Of a stretch of 64,000 bases of DNA, positions 17,969 to 27,713 are shown piece by piece. This DNA comes from a virus. A model generated the notes under the pieces. The model was not told the DNA's origin. It was given only the letters and a program-made list of their open reading frames with translations, and ran no database searches. Position 1 is the first letter of the stretch; every line of letters begins with the position of its first letter. The position numbers were made by a program, and so were the translations under genes. The stretch is taken from the IMG/VR virus record IMGVR_UViG_3300008108_000036, one strand, 5' to 3'.

Positions 17969-19465
17969 TTAAAAAATTCCATCAAGTTCTGGAAGTTTTT
18001 CTCTTAATCCTCTAAACTGAATTTCTTCATCAATTTGTTCTTGAGTATATCCTTCGATGGTATATTTTGATGCTTTAGGCAAACCAGACAACGACTTTGG
18101 TTTTTTATGAACGTACAATTGTCCTAATATTGTTGTATTGCTACATTCGAATGAATCTAATTCAAACTTAACAATGACTTTATTTAAATTATCAGGAAGC
18201 CCTTTTAACGTTTTAAGTGTTGCTCCACAACTTTCGTTAAGAAATAAAGTAATATTAGAAGGACACCCATCTAATGTCTCTAATCGCAATAACCTTGAGT
18301 TGTCGGTAAGCATACTGTTGTATGTGCCAATTTCTAGTTCTTTTAAGTCGTGAAAAGTCTCTAGTCCTTTTAGGCTTTTAATTAATGGAGCTTTATATAA
18401 TTCTATCCTATCGACTTTTGTATTATTATCTGTTGAAAGAGATACAAGTTGATCTCCTTGAATATGAATTTTAGGAACAGATAATGGACAATTATTTAAA
18501 TTTGTTGCAACAGCATCATTGAACGAAAACACATAAGATTTTAGATGATACTCTCTAATTAAACTTCTGTCTTCGGGTTTGATAAAATTTAAGCTGTCAA
18601 AATCAATTGAGTTAGTTAAAACTTTTCGCTCTCCATCGGTTTTTAATTCGCCGCATATTTCAAGTAAGTCTTTTGCTGTGAGTTTGTCTAACGACAAAAG
18701 TTTATTAAAATTTTCAAATTTAGGTTTTATATTTACTTTTTCTGATTCTTTTTGTATTTTAGCATATGAGGCTTGAGTTAATTTAAAAAGTTTATTTACA
18801 AGAGCTAATGGCTTCTGTTCGATATTTAAATCTTGTTTATTATTTAGAAAAAATTTTAAACTAGGAAAAATTATTTGATATGGTGAGTAATCTTTAGTTA
18901 GTAGTTTTTTTGTTAAAGGATCGTTGTAACGTATAATAGAAAATTGATTAAATCCTTGTTTTTTTAAATTTGTATTACAATGGCTTTCAAAGGATACTTC
19001 TGAGTCAGTTCTAACAGCTAGCACTGTTATGATTTGAGGTTTATATTCCGCTGTCTTAAAACTAATTGGAGTTTCTAGCCATTTGAAATTGAAAGGCTCT
19101 TTTGTATAAATATCTTTAAGCGTTTTTTCAAGTTTGGGAAGCGTTTTATATTCTGTTGAAAATGCGGTAGACTTAAGCCTTAAATCATCAATCGAATCTT
19201 CTATGTTAACGTTATTTCGATATTTTAATGCAATTTCTTTCGTTTTATATGGTCCTCTTAAATACTTCTTTTTTGTTACGAATAATGTACCGTTTTCAAA
19301 TTCAATTAAATAGTCTCCAGCTCCGTAATATTTAGATCTGTAGCCAACAACTTGACCCAATTGCCCTCCATAGCTTCCATATCCCTTTATAATCCAATCC
19401 CCAATAGCAAATTTCGAATTCTTTGGAATTGGTGACGCGTAAAAATTTTTATTTAAGACTCTCAC
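17969..19465 (-). CDS. large protein with KOW/SH3-like N-terminus, LRR-like C-terminal half and LPELxGxF tail
   Basis: FAIGDWI..GQLGQVVGY; SLKGLE, TLDGCP, TLKGLP repeats; ends LREKLPELDGIF; TAAATA at 19475-19480. Confidence 0.75.
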   Translation of the reverse strand: MRVLNKNFYASPIPKNSKFAIGDWIIKGYGSYGGQLGQVVGYRSKYYGAGDYLIEFENGTLFVTKKKYLRGPYKTKEIALKYRNNVNIEDSIDDLRLKSTAFSTEYKTLPKLEKTLKDIYTKEPFNFKWLETPISFKTAEYKPQIITVLAVRTDSEVSFESHCNTNLKKQGFNQFSIIRYNDPLTKKLLTKDYSPYQIIFPSLKFFLNNKQDLNIEQKPLALVNKLFKLTQASYAKIQKESEKVNIKPKFENFNKLLSLDKLTAKDLLEICGELKTDGERKVLTNSIDFDSLNFIKPEDRSLIREYHLKSYVFSFNDAVATNLNNCPLSVPKIHIQGDQLVSLSTDNNTKVDRIELYKAPLIKSLKGLETFHDLKELEIGTYNSMLTDNSRLLRLETLDGCPSNITLFLNESCGATLKTLKGLPDNLNKVIVKFELDSFECSNTTILGQLYVHKKPKSLSGLPKASKYTIEGYTQEQIDEEIQFRGLREKLPELDGIF

Positions 19466-19524
19466 TGTTATATATATTTATTTATTATTTGACTTTTAGC
19501 TCTTCTAAACATTATTACTTAGTA

Positions 19525-19779
19525 ATGGAAGAAGAAACGGTATACACAGTAAAAGGAAGTTCTAGTGTAAATAAATTAGAAGTAACATTAGGGTCTTTTG
19601 AAAATCCAAACGATGCATATGATTTTATTAAATTATGTTTTAATGAGTCATTACATAATAAAGAATCATATTACAATTGGACCAAATATACTATAAATGA
19701 AGAGCGAAACGGGCAACATATAAAAGATATTACATATGATCCCGACTACGCAAGTAAAAAATTAATGTCATCTAACTAA
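19525..19779 (+). CDS. hypothetical protein
   Basis: Likely start MEEETVY downstream of a TTGACT promoter-like site. Confidence 0.55.
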   Translation: MEEETVYTVKGSSSVNKLEVTLGSFENPNDAYDFIKLCFNESLHNKESYYNWTKYTINEERNGQHIKDITYDPDYASKKLMSSN

Positions 19780-19786
19780 ATTAATT

Positions 19787-19969
19787 TTACTCTACTAGCA
19801 AATCATTTAATCTAAGAAGCGTATTATAGCAATGTTCTAATTTTGCTAAGGAAACCAAAGAATTACTTTCTCTAGGATATGTCTTTAAATCTTCTGAATG
19901 ACTTTTTACTAAATCCTTAAGCAAAGAAATTTGGTTTTCAGTATTTGTAATTAGTTCACGTATTTCCAT
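19787..19969 (-). CDS. hypothetical protein
   Basis: Small helical ORF. Confidence 0.5.
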   Translation of the reverse strand: MEIRELITNTENQISLLKDLVKSHSEDLKTYPRESNSLVSLAKLEHCYNTLLRLNDLLVE

Positions 19970-20016
19970 AACCGAGATTGTATTAAAAAATTTACTATAC
20001 GAAAATTAATTTTTAA

Positions 20017-20304
20017 TTAAATTTGAATCGTGTTTTGTTTAGTTTCTGCAACTTCAGTCAATTTATTAAATGCATCGAATGATATTTTACTTGCTGAAAG
20101 GGCGGGATGTCCTTCGATTATGTTTGCTAAGGTTTGATTAAGGTCTTTTAGTTGATTCACATAAATTTCTCTAGAATCTTTTGTTGCATCGATGATTTCC
20201 GAAGCAGTACGATATTCCGACAATAAAATTTGAAGTATCGACTCCAAGTCGTTTATTTTACTTTTAATGCTTCCAACTAATTGATTAATGGTTTGAAAAC
20301 TCAT
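20017..20304 (-). CDS. hypothetical coiled-coil protein
   Basis: Heptad-like pattern. Confidence 0.55.
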   Translation of the reverse strand: MSFQTINQLVGSIKSKINDLESILQILLSEYRTASEIIDATKDSREIYVNQLKDLNQTLANIIEGHPALSASKISFDAFNKLTEVAETKQNTIQI

Positions 20305-20334
20305 TTTTAAAGTTTAGCATTATTTATAAAAAAC

Positions 20335-20730
20335 TCAACGTCTGTAATCAGCGGAATTAAAAAGCCCTTGAGCAATTTCATCTTCACGGTTTGTGTTTTT
20401 AGGTAAAATTGTTACAAACTCAACATTGTCTGCAGTGATATATCCAATTCTGCCGCTTTCTGTACTAACTTTAACCCAGGTTTTAGTTTTTTCGAGAACT
20501 TTTAAGTTTGTTCCATTTAGGATAGTAATAGGAGGAAATGCCCCTTCTGCATCAAACATCAATGCTCCAGAATTGTTTGTTCTCACTAAACAATATTCTA
20601 GTTGTTCGGGAGCTTTTTTAGAAAACTCTTCATAAAGTGTATACGTTTTTTCGTATAAAGCAATAGCTGTCGTAATTAAACAGGACACTACAATCAATAT
20701 TATACAAGCAACATTTAGCGTTCGCATCAT
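20335..20730 (-). CDS. membrane-anchored or secreted SH3-domain protein
   Basis: N-terminal hydrophobic segment; LKVLEKTKTWVKV..GRIGYI bacterial SH3 pattern. Confidence 0.7.
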   Translation of the reverse strand: MMRTLNVACIILIVVSCLITTAIALYEKTYTLYEEFSKKAPEQLEYCLVRTNNSGALMFDAEGAFPPITILNGTNLKVLEKTKTWVKVSTESGRIGYITADNVEFVTILPKNTNREDEIAQGLFNSADYRR

Positions 20731-20777
20731 TGTTTATTTATTTGTGATACAAACAAAATGCAAATCTTTTTAAATAG

Positions 20778-21260
20778 TCAAGAAGAGGTTAGCGTTGAGT
20801 CTTGTTCCTGCCAGTACTGCTCAGTTTGTTCATTACAAGCAGTAAAATGCAACTCTCTTGCTTTTTTTCTGCATAATGTTTTATACCACCCTCCGCGTTT
20901 ACAAGGAACTCCGTATTCTCCAGTTTCTTCGCATATGCTTGAGGAGGTTTCTTCGGCTTTATCAATGATGTCATGCAAGATTTCATCTTCGATATTTGTT
21001 GCTCCACTAGTACTTGCATAAAACCGTAACGTTCCAAACTTTTCTTTAATTTGATTTGCTGTTATTTGAACTTCCTTTCCGTCTTTAGAGCATAAATCAC
21101 AAAAATGTTGAAGTTTTTCCATACATTTATCTAAAAGATTAAACCAGCCATCGCCACATTCCATTCCCCAAGCCATACATGTTTTGCTCATATCCCCACG
21201 ATAATCTTTAAGAATTTTTGGATATTTGCTTACTAACTGTTGTTCGAGATCTCTATTCAT
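20778..21260 (-). CDS. conserved phage hypothetical protein
   Basis: CGDGW...QIKEKFGTLRFY...ICEETG...GGWYKTLC motif set. Confidence 0.75.
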   Translation of the reverse strand: MNRDLEQQLVSKYPKILKDYRGDMSKTCMAWGMECGDGWFNLLDKCMEKLQHFCDLCSKDGKEVQITANQIKEKFGTLRFYASTSGATNIEDEILHDIIDKAEETSSSICEETGEYGVPCKRGGWYKTLCRKKARELHFTACNEQTEQYWQEQDSTLTSS

Positions 21261-21267
21261 ATGCCAT

Positions 21268-21295
21268 AAAATACGTTAATTTTGTCTGTTGTCAA
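21268..21295 (-). promoter_or_regulatory. sigma70-type promoter
   Basis: TTGACA-16 nt-TATTTT, 7 nt before ATG 21260. Confidence 0.5.
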
Positions 21296-21424
21296 CGCTC
21301 GGAAATATGAGTAGAAAATAAATGTATTTCAAGCACTCTGTTCAGATCAATATTGTAGAGCAAAAACTTCAAAGCTAATAAATTGGCTAACCGCATAAAT
21401 TAAGCAAAGGTTGTATAATACTGA

Positions 21425-23422
21425 TTGAGTCTCACTTTTTATGCAGCTAAAATGGTAAGACTTAAAATAAACCCGCATAAAATCAGGAAAGTCATATTAA
21501 GTATGATTGTCATGAAACCTATAATGCCCAGTTTAACAACTAAACAACAGCAGCTAATCCATAATGATTACGGATTTAAGAATAGTATCTTAATTGTCAA
21601 TTTTAATTATGCCCAACACGTTATACATAAAGATTATTTAAAAGAACTATATAATTCTCATTTTAAAAAAATTATCTTTTATTCAGACGTTGGTAACGGA
21701 TTACAAGATGAAGAGGTAAATTATATTTACACTTGTCGTGGTCAACTCACTCAAGGAATATTTAAACATTTTTATCATAAATATTACAACGACGTAGACT
21801 CTTCAGACGGTATATTCTATACTATGGATGATAATATTTTAAACCTCAATACATTAAATTTGTATAGAAACGATAAAGTTATATGTTTTCTTTCATCGAA
21901 TCTTGGCGAGTTAATAGATCTTAATTCTCTAATCAATTCTTGTTGGTTTAAGGATACTGAATTTGGAGTTGAAGCAATATTGTCTCTTTTCCACAATCAA
22001 GAGTATATACAAAAATTTAAGTGGAAGGATGGAATCCATTCTCTTAGTGATTATTTTTTTATACCACGAAAACATTTTAATCAAGATTTTGTTGATGCAA
22101 TGGATATTTTTGCAAAAATGAAGGTTTTCCTCGAGATTGCAATTCCAACTATTATAAGTCATCTTATACCTAATAAAAATGATTATCAATTATTTGGACA
22201 TGCTACCTATCTGTGGAATAAGTTAAGGCAAAATTTAACAAATTTTTCTTATATAAAGAATTCTTTTAACCAAACCCACACATTTGCTTTACATCCTTTA
22301 AAATTTAATAGTGCTTCTACCGATTATCAACATGTACCAGAAACAAAACAATGGCTACGGGATATTTTTTGCAAAAAAAAATGTGTAGTTATAACAACAA
22401 TAAATTCACCAAGTGAGACAATATTAAAACATGTTTTAAATGAAGAGTATGACACCATTATTGTAGCAGATGAAAATACACCTTCAGGAGAATATCGAGA
22501 TTTAAACTGCATTTATTTAGACATTGATTCACAATATCGTTTATTTCCTGAATTGAGTAAGTTAATTCCGTTTAATCATTATTGCAGAAAAAATCTTGGT
22601 TATTTGTATGCCATTCAAAAAGGATACGAAGTTATATACGAAACCGATGACGACAATATTCCAAACAATGATTTCGATAAATGTTTAATAAATAAGAGCG
22701 AAAATGCATTGCTGGTTAAGCAAATAAACAGTCAGTGGATAAACATCTTCAATCTTTTTTTTGGAGATACTATAAACTTATGGTTGAAAGGACTGCCTTT
22801 ATCAGAGGCTCAACGACAAAATAATAGTATATGGCCTAGAGGTCTTCCACTTTCTCAAGCATATAAATCTACAGAGTTTGCTGTTGAATATACAAATACA
22901 CAACCTTCGATTATTAATGGTCTCATAGAGAACGAACCTGACGTAGACGCTATTTACAGATTAACTCATGCACATAAAAATATACATTGGAGTCATTGTC
23001 AAGATATAGTTGTAGATAATAAAAATATTTGTCCATTCAATACCCAAAATACATTTTGGATCGATAAAGATATATTTGCTTGTTTATTGATCCCTTCTTC
23101 GGTATCTTTTAGATATTGCGACATATTAAGAGGCGTAATAACAAATATAATATTAAAGAAACTAAATAAAAATTTAATGTTTGTTGCTCCTAATGTAGTT
23201 CAAAATAGAAACAACCACGATACATTTAAAGATTTAGAGAGTGAAATAGAAATGTACAAACACAATGAGTATATTGCTGATATAATCGAAGAAAATACTG
23301 AAGGATTAATTTCAACACGGGATTTACTTAAACAAATTTATAAAAACTTGCTAAATCAAAATATAATTAAACAACTAGACATTGATATTTTAAACATTTG
23401 GCTAGAATATTTTGTAAAATAA
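21425..23422 (+). CDS. STELLO/DUF288-like glycosyltransferase
   Basis: VVITTINSP, RKNLGYLYAI, IYETDDDN, WPRGLPL, DVDAIYRL, PFNTQNT, FRYCDILRG; true start probably near 21503-21523. Confidence 0.8.
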   Translation: MSLTFYAAKMVRLKINPHKIRKVILSMIVMKPIMPSLTTKQQQLIHNDYGFKNSILIVNFNYAQHVIHKDYLKELYNSHFKKIIFYSDVGNGLQDEEVNYIYTCRGQLTQGIFKHFYHKYYNDVDSSDGIFYTMDDNILNLNTLNLYRNDKVICFLSSNLGELIDLNSLINSCWFKDTEFGVEAILSLFHNQEYIQKFKWKDGIHSLSDYFFIPRKHFNQDFVDAMDIFAKMKVFLEIAIPTIISHLIPNKNDYQLFGHATYLWNKLRQNLTNFSYIKNSFNQTHTFALHPLKFNSASTDYQHVPETKQWLRDIFCKKKCVVITTINSPSETILKHVLNEEYDTIIVADENTPSGEYRDLNCIYLDIDSQYRLFPELSKLIPFNHYCRKNLGYLYAIQKGYEVIYETDDDNIPNNDFDKCLINKSENALLVKQINSQWINIFNLFFGDTINLWLKGLPLSEAQRQNNSIWPRGLPLSQAYKSTEFAVEYTNTQPSIINGLIENEPDVDAIYRLTHAHKNIHWSHCQDIVVDNKNICPFNTQNTFWIDKDIFACLLIPSSVSFRYCDILRGVITNIILKKLNKNLMFVAPNVVQNRNNHDTFKDLESEIEMYKHNEYIADIIEENTEGLISTRDLLKQIYKNLLNQNIIKQLDIDILNIWLEYFVK

Positions 23423-23449
23423 AACATTAATATTGTATGTCGTCGACGG

Positions 23450-23746
23450 TTAAAATCCATCTAAATTATTTGGATTGCTTTGCCAACAATTATTAGCAAA
23501 ATCCCAGTGTCGACTATCATAAATTTGTGCATAAAGTTCTACGCCAAGCAAACTAATTGCAAGTCTAATCCCCGCATGATCTTCTTTAAAACTAACCTTA
23601 AATTCTAAATTTAGTAAGTGATAAGAATCTCTGAGGCACTCAAATTCAAAGTATTTGTATTCAGTAAGTTTTTTATGAAATGAAAAAAAACCTTTAAAAT
23701 TGTTTTTTTTATAAAAAAAATTTTTAATTGAAAAATTAAGGTACAT
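23450..23746 (-). CDS. hypothetical phage protein
   Basis: DHAG...YDSRHWD motif. Confidence 0.6.
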   Translation of the reverse strand: MYLNFSIKNFFYKKNNFKGFFSFHKKLTEYKYFEFECLRDSYHLLNLEFKVSFKEDHAGIRLAISLLGVELYAQIYDSRHWDFANNCWQSNPNNLDGF

Positions 23747-24011
23747 AAATTACTAATCGAGAAGCGACGCTAAAAAATTTATCCTTTATGAATTCAGCAA
23801 ATTTACGCGTCTTCGTTTTAGGTTTTCTGGTAGCAAGATCATAAGTAACCGAAATAATTCTTTCGAAGTATTGTTGTTGTTTTTCTTTTGGCCAATGGTG
23901 TGCTACATTAACCGAATTCATGAGATCACCAACTATGTCTTTACAATCTTTTGTTAATGGTTTACAAACTCTCCATTCTCCATCAGTATAATAATCGTAA
24001 CGTTTTTTCAT
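23736..24011 (-). CDS. hypothetical protein
   Basis: Coupled ORF. Confidence 0.55.
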   Translation of the reverse strand: MKKRYDYYTDGEWRVCKPLTKDCKDIVGDLMNSVNVAHHWPKEKQQQYFERIISVTYDLATRKPKTKTRKFAEFIKDKFFSVASRLVIYVP

Positions 24012-24026
24012 ATTTTTAAAAATAAT

Positions 24027-24248
24027 TTATGATTTTCTGGGCAATAAAAGTGCTGGCTTTCCTTTTAATTTTAAGTAGTCTTCGTGATATTCTCCCTCCC
24101 AGGTTTTCTTTTTTGATTCGGAATTAGGAATAATAAGCACTTCTTTAATTTTATCTACTTCATCAAAACCGCATTCATACCCATCAACAACAACTATCAG
24201 CTCAGGATTTTTTTCACTCAGCAACTGCATTAAATCTTTGACTTTCAT
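24027..24248 (-). CDS. hypothetical phage protein
   Basis: MKVKDL...VVVDGYECG motif. Confidence 0.6.
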   Translation of the reverse strand: MKVKDLMQLLSEKNPELIVVVDGYECGFDEVDKIKEVLIIPNSESKKKTWEGEYHEDYLKLKGKPALLLPRKS

Positions 24249-24249
24249 A

Positions 24250-25338
24250 CTAGTTGGTAAGCTGCTCTTTTATAAGTTTGATCCATTGCAGACTGGTTAG
24301 AGGCTTGTTGTCTAATAGAGTAAAAGCATAAGAAGAGTTTGAAGAAAAATTTCTTTTTATCATTTCAGCCTGCTCTTTTCTCGTTTTAACATTTCTAATA
24401 TCGTGTACTACGCTCATCACTTTGCTTATGTATTCTTTTGCTAAAATTCCAGCATCAACTATTTTATGTATTTGGTCAGTCAATTGAACAGCAATTTCAA
24501 AATCAAAGTTCGTTTTAATTTTTTCGAAAAATTCTTCAAAATCAGGCAATTCAGATTCAATATAATAATCAATTAAATTATCTTCAGAGTTTAATTGAGA
24601 TTTGACTCGATGGCAAAACAGATACCAATCAGATTTTAATTTTATTCTGTTTTGATTGTTATTATAACAAACAACTACCCCTTCTTGCCCCTTCCAATGC
24701 TTTATCGCATTTGCTAAATCTGCAATTGTTTTAAGCTCTTCGATTTGAAAGGTTTTTGGAGTTGGCATGCAGCCGATTTGTCTCCAAATATCCAATACAT
24801 TTTGTTGACAAACTATTTGCATACAACTTTTATTAATTGCTCCAAGAAAATAAAATTCAACCTCTTTTGGTCGTATTACAATGACGTTGTTTGGAGTTAC
24901 TATTTCAAACAACAAAGTTAAATGAGAATTGTTTTTTAAAAATTCTACAACTTTTGGGTATTTTGTACACAATAAAGTGAAGTCCTGTGAATTGTCTTGC
25001 TGGAGATAATTAAAACAGCCTCTCGTTCTCATAGAGAATTGACCATTTACGTGATCCACGATTAACAACGAACCGTCTAACTTTTCTTGTATTGACCAAT
25101 CTTTAAACTCTTCTGGATTAGGATACAATGAGGAAGCTTCGCCTAAATTAAAAAATTTTGGCCAACCGCAAGAAAGTACTTGTTGGGTTTCTCTACCAAC
25201 TATTAAAGAACGGTAAAATAAGTTATTCGAATTCCATTCAGCACTAATTTTGGGTGTAATTAAGTATGAATCTATACCGCAAAAAACTCCTTCGTTTATA
25301 TAAAACTGTTCGTTTTCGGTTGGCAACTTAACTTTCAT
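24250..25338 (-). CDS. RNA ligase, T4 Rnl1-like
   Basis: PKFFNLGE, EKLDGS (motif I), LFEI, EGVVV, KLKSDWY. Confidence 0.85.
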   Translation of the reverse strand: MKVKLPTENEQFYINEGVFCGIDSYLITPKISAEWNSNNLFYRSLIVGRETQQVLSCGWPKFFNLGEASSLYPNPEEFKDWSIQEKLDGSLLIVDHVNGQFSMRTRGCFNYLQQDNSQDFTLLCTKYPKVVEFLKNNSHLTLLFEIVTPNNVIVIRPKEVEFYFLGAINKSCMQIVCQQNVLDIWRQIGCMPTPKTFQIEELKTIADLANAIKHWKGQEGVVVCYNNNQNRIKLKSDWYLFCHRVKSQLNSEDNLIDYYIESELPDFEEFFEKIKTNFDFEIAVQLTDQIHKIVDAGILAKEYISKVMSVVHDIRNVKTRKEQAEMIKRNFSSNSSYAFTLLDNKPLTSLQWIKLIKEQLTN

Positions 25339-26096
25339 TGAAATAGAAGTTTAATAGGTTTAAACGGTTTTTCAATTATTACAAAAAAAGTTCCTGCCTC
25401 TTCCTCTATAGCATATTGAGAGCCTTGCGGAAGAGGAGTTCGTTTAAATCCTTTATCGATTACATTCCAAACTTCGCTATATTGTTTATTTTGGACTAAT
25501 TGTTTTATTTTTTGTTGATATCGTTGTGGTATTTTTACTTTTTTTATGGGTTTCCAGTATTTTTTTGTTTCTGGATCAATTACTTTCGCACTAGGAACGC
25601 CAGAAATATTAAGAACACCGTCACCATCCACACCCATATCTCTATAACCGTTGTTTCGCTCATAATGTAAATACTCTTGAAGTGCTTTTTTGATCTCCCA
25701 TGCAATCGTGCCACGTGTCATTTCTTTGCAACCGACTCCAAAGGAAGAATTAGCATGATCTAAATGAGGTCTTGCCTTTTTTTGCTTCCACTCTTCGCTT
25801 TCTTCTACAACGCTCCCATTCTCATCGTATACGTTGTTGTATTGATCATAAAAACCTCCGTGACCATCATACTCTCTTTTAAGATTTTTTGGAAACGCTG
25901 CATATCTTATAGTATTTTCGATGTGATTTCTCTCGTCATGGGTAAGCCATCTATCAGCATAAACTTCATCCATAGCAATTGAAACTTGACCGGATTGCAG
26001 CCGGGAATATGTTTCTAAAGCCGAAATAATTACAGGTAAATGTTCTGCATCAAACTCTACTTGAATTTTTTTAGAAACGGTCTTCGAAGTTTTCAT
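25335..26096 (-). CDS. hypothetical protein
   Basis: 253-aa ORF coupled to the RNA ligase. Confidence 0.7.
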   Translation of the reverse strand: MKTSKTVSKKIQVEFDAEHLPVIISALETYSRLQSGQVSIAMDEVYADRWLTHDERNHIENTIRYAAFPKNLKREYDGHGGFYDQYNNVYDENGSVVEESEEWKQKKARPHLDHANSSFGVGCKEMTRGTIAWEIKKALQEYLHYERNNGYRDMGVDGDGVLNISGVPSAKVIDPETKKYWKPIKKVKIPQRYQQKIKQLVQNKQYSEVWNVIDKGFKRTPLPQGSQYAIEEEAGTFFVIIEKPFKPIKLLFQ

Positions 26097-26099
26097 CTA

Positions 26100-26666
26100 T
26101 TATTCTTCCTTTTGTTGTCGATCAGGTATTATAAACAATTCTTCCGAATTAAGACAACGCATTTTCCAATTTGCTATGGGAGTCTTAATGTCTATATTTA
26201 AAATTTGTGATGCAAAACCTAAAATTCTTAAGTTAGGCCAAGCTACAGGTCTAACTTTTAAAATTTCTGTTAAGGCTTGTTCTGCAGTTCTGCCTGACAT
26301 TACTAGCGCAGTAATACCAATAGCTGTTGATCTTGAAATACCAGCAAAACAATTTACTCCTAAACAATGCGGCTTAAGATCTTGCGTATAAGGTTTAATA
26401 AATGTTATAATGTTTTGAATGTGCTGTATTTGAGGGGCTTCGCGTTTTAAATGTTCCCACTCTATTCCGTCATCATCAGACCAATCTGCAAAAAATTGAT
26501 GAAAAAACTTTACATTTTTTTCTTGAAAATTTTTTCTCATCCGATTTATTTGTTTTCTATCTTCTTCTCCAACAACCGATATCCAAACATCCCATTCGGT
26601 GTTGTTTTTATTATAGCTGTAACTTTCAGCATCAGCTAAATTTGTTATTTTTATTTTATTAATCAT
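26100..26666 (-). CDS. protein-tyrosine/dual-specificity (CX5R) phosphatase
   Basis: VNCFAGISRSTA P-loop; RPVAWPN. Confidence 0.85.
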   Translation of the reverse strand: MINKIKITNLADAESYSYNKNNTEWDVWISVVGEEDRKQINRMRKNFQEKNVKFFHQFFADWSDDDGIEWEHLKREAPQIQHIQNIITFIKPYTQDLKPHCLGVNCFAGISRSTAIGITALVMSGRTAEQALTEILKVRPVAWPNLRILGFASQILNIDIKTPIANWKMRCLNSEELFIIPDRQQKEE

Positions 26667-26675
26667 CTACAAGCA

Positions 26676-26704
26676 ACAATAAACGCAAAAAATGGTTTTG
26701 TCAA
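26676..26704 (-). promoter_or_regulatory. sigma70-type promoter
   Basis: TTGACA-17 nt-TATTGT, 9 nt before ATG. Confidence 0.6.
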
Positions 26705-26708
26705 CAAC

Positions 26709-27365
26709 TTAAACCTTCCATGCATTGAGAGTATGCTTAAATGGGCTACCATTTATTTGCTGAACCAGTCTCAGCATGCTTTGAGCAATTTCTCTAATTT
26801 CTTTTTGAGCATGTTCGCTGTGTCGTAATTTAAGAAAATTTGCAAAACTTCTCATGTTAAACATAACATCAGATTGTATTTGCGAATTATAAGTTTTAAA
26901 AAACCTAGCAGATTCTTTGGCTCGTTTTCTCCCTACCAAGGGCTCTAAATCCTTTATGCATGCATGATAATATGTATTACCTAAATCTGTATATATTTCT
27001 AACAATCTTTTCCAAGTCATATTTGGATCTCCTCCTTTTAAAGATAAAACCCTTACTCCTTCCCAATCGTCAGGAAGATATGTTTTATCTTCTTTCAATT
27101 CTTTATATCTTGCTGACTCTGCATTGATGCTAGCTATTCTGTGTTTAAGTAAATGAATATGACTTGCAATATCACAATCTATTAAAAAGTGAACCGTAGC
27201 TTTTTCAAAGGGAGTTTCATGACCATTTTCCCAAAGAGTTCTAATCAAGTTTCCGACTCTGCCTTTTTTCTCTTCCGTTAATTCTCTTGATGTGGAAGTC
27301 CAAGCAGAGCATGCAATAATTTCGTCTGAGCCATAATGGCCAATTAATTCAACTCGATTTTCCAT
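26709..27365 (-). CDS. thyX: flavin-dependent thymidylate synthase
   Basis: GHETPFE, KHRIASINAESARY, LRHSEHAQKEIR. Confidence 0.9.
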   Translation of the reverse strand: MENRVELIGHYGSDEIIACSAWTSTSRELTEEKKGRVGNLIRTLWENGHETPFEKATVHFLIDCDIASHIHLLKHRIASINAESARYKELKEDKTYLPDDWEGVRVLSLKGGDPNMTWKRLLEIYTDLGNTYYHACIKDLEPLVGRKRAKESARFFKTYNSQIQSDVMFNMRSFANFLKLRHSEHAQKEIREIAQSMLRLVQQINGSPFKHTLNAWKV

Positions 27366-27629
27366 TTAAGAATTAAGAACTTTCCATCCCCATTTTAAAT
27401 TAAACCATTCATATTCTCTTTCAATCATGGTTTTGTTGAACTTTAAATCTTTTTTAGCTTCAGTAATAAACCATTTTTTAAAGTCTTCTGATTGAGCTTC
27501 AGTCCAGGTTTTTTGATTGTACCAATCTTCAGAGTTCCTAGTAAAATCTTCATTAAAACACTTAAACCCTACATATGTAAACATTTTATCTAAAGCCTTT
27601 TTGAGAAATTTATCAAATTTATTACTCAT
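27366..27629 (-). CDS. hypothetical protein
   Basis: ORF immediately upstream of thyX. Confidence 0.65.
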   Translation of the reverse strand: MSNKFDKFLKKALDKMFTYVGFKCFNEDFTRNSEDWYNQKTWTEAQSEDFKKWFITEAKKDLKFNKTMIEREYEWFNLKWGWKVLNS

Positions 27630-27635
27630 TTCACG

Positions 27636-27665
27636 ATATTCGTCGAAAACAGTTAAAAGTCAATA
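27636..27665 (-). repeat. 30-bp promoter-containing direct repeat, copy 1
   Basis: atattcgtcgaaaacagttaaaagtcaata; contains TTGACT on the minus strand. Confidence 0.85.
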
Positions 27666-27713
27666 GAGTTAAAATATTTTATATTTTATGAATAATGATA
27701 AATACAAATAACT

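Noticed and set aside
21388-21484. Short ccgcataaa repeat upstream of the STELLO-like gene
   Set aside because: Only two 9-bp copies, too weak to call.
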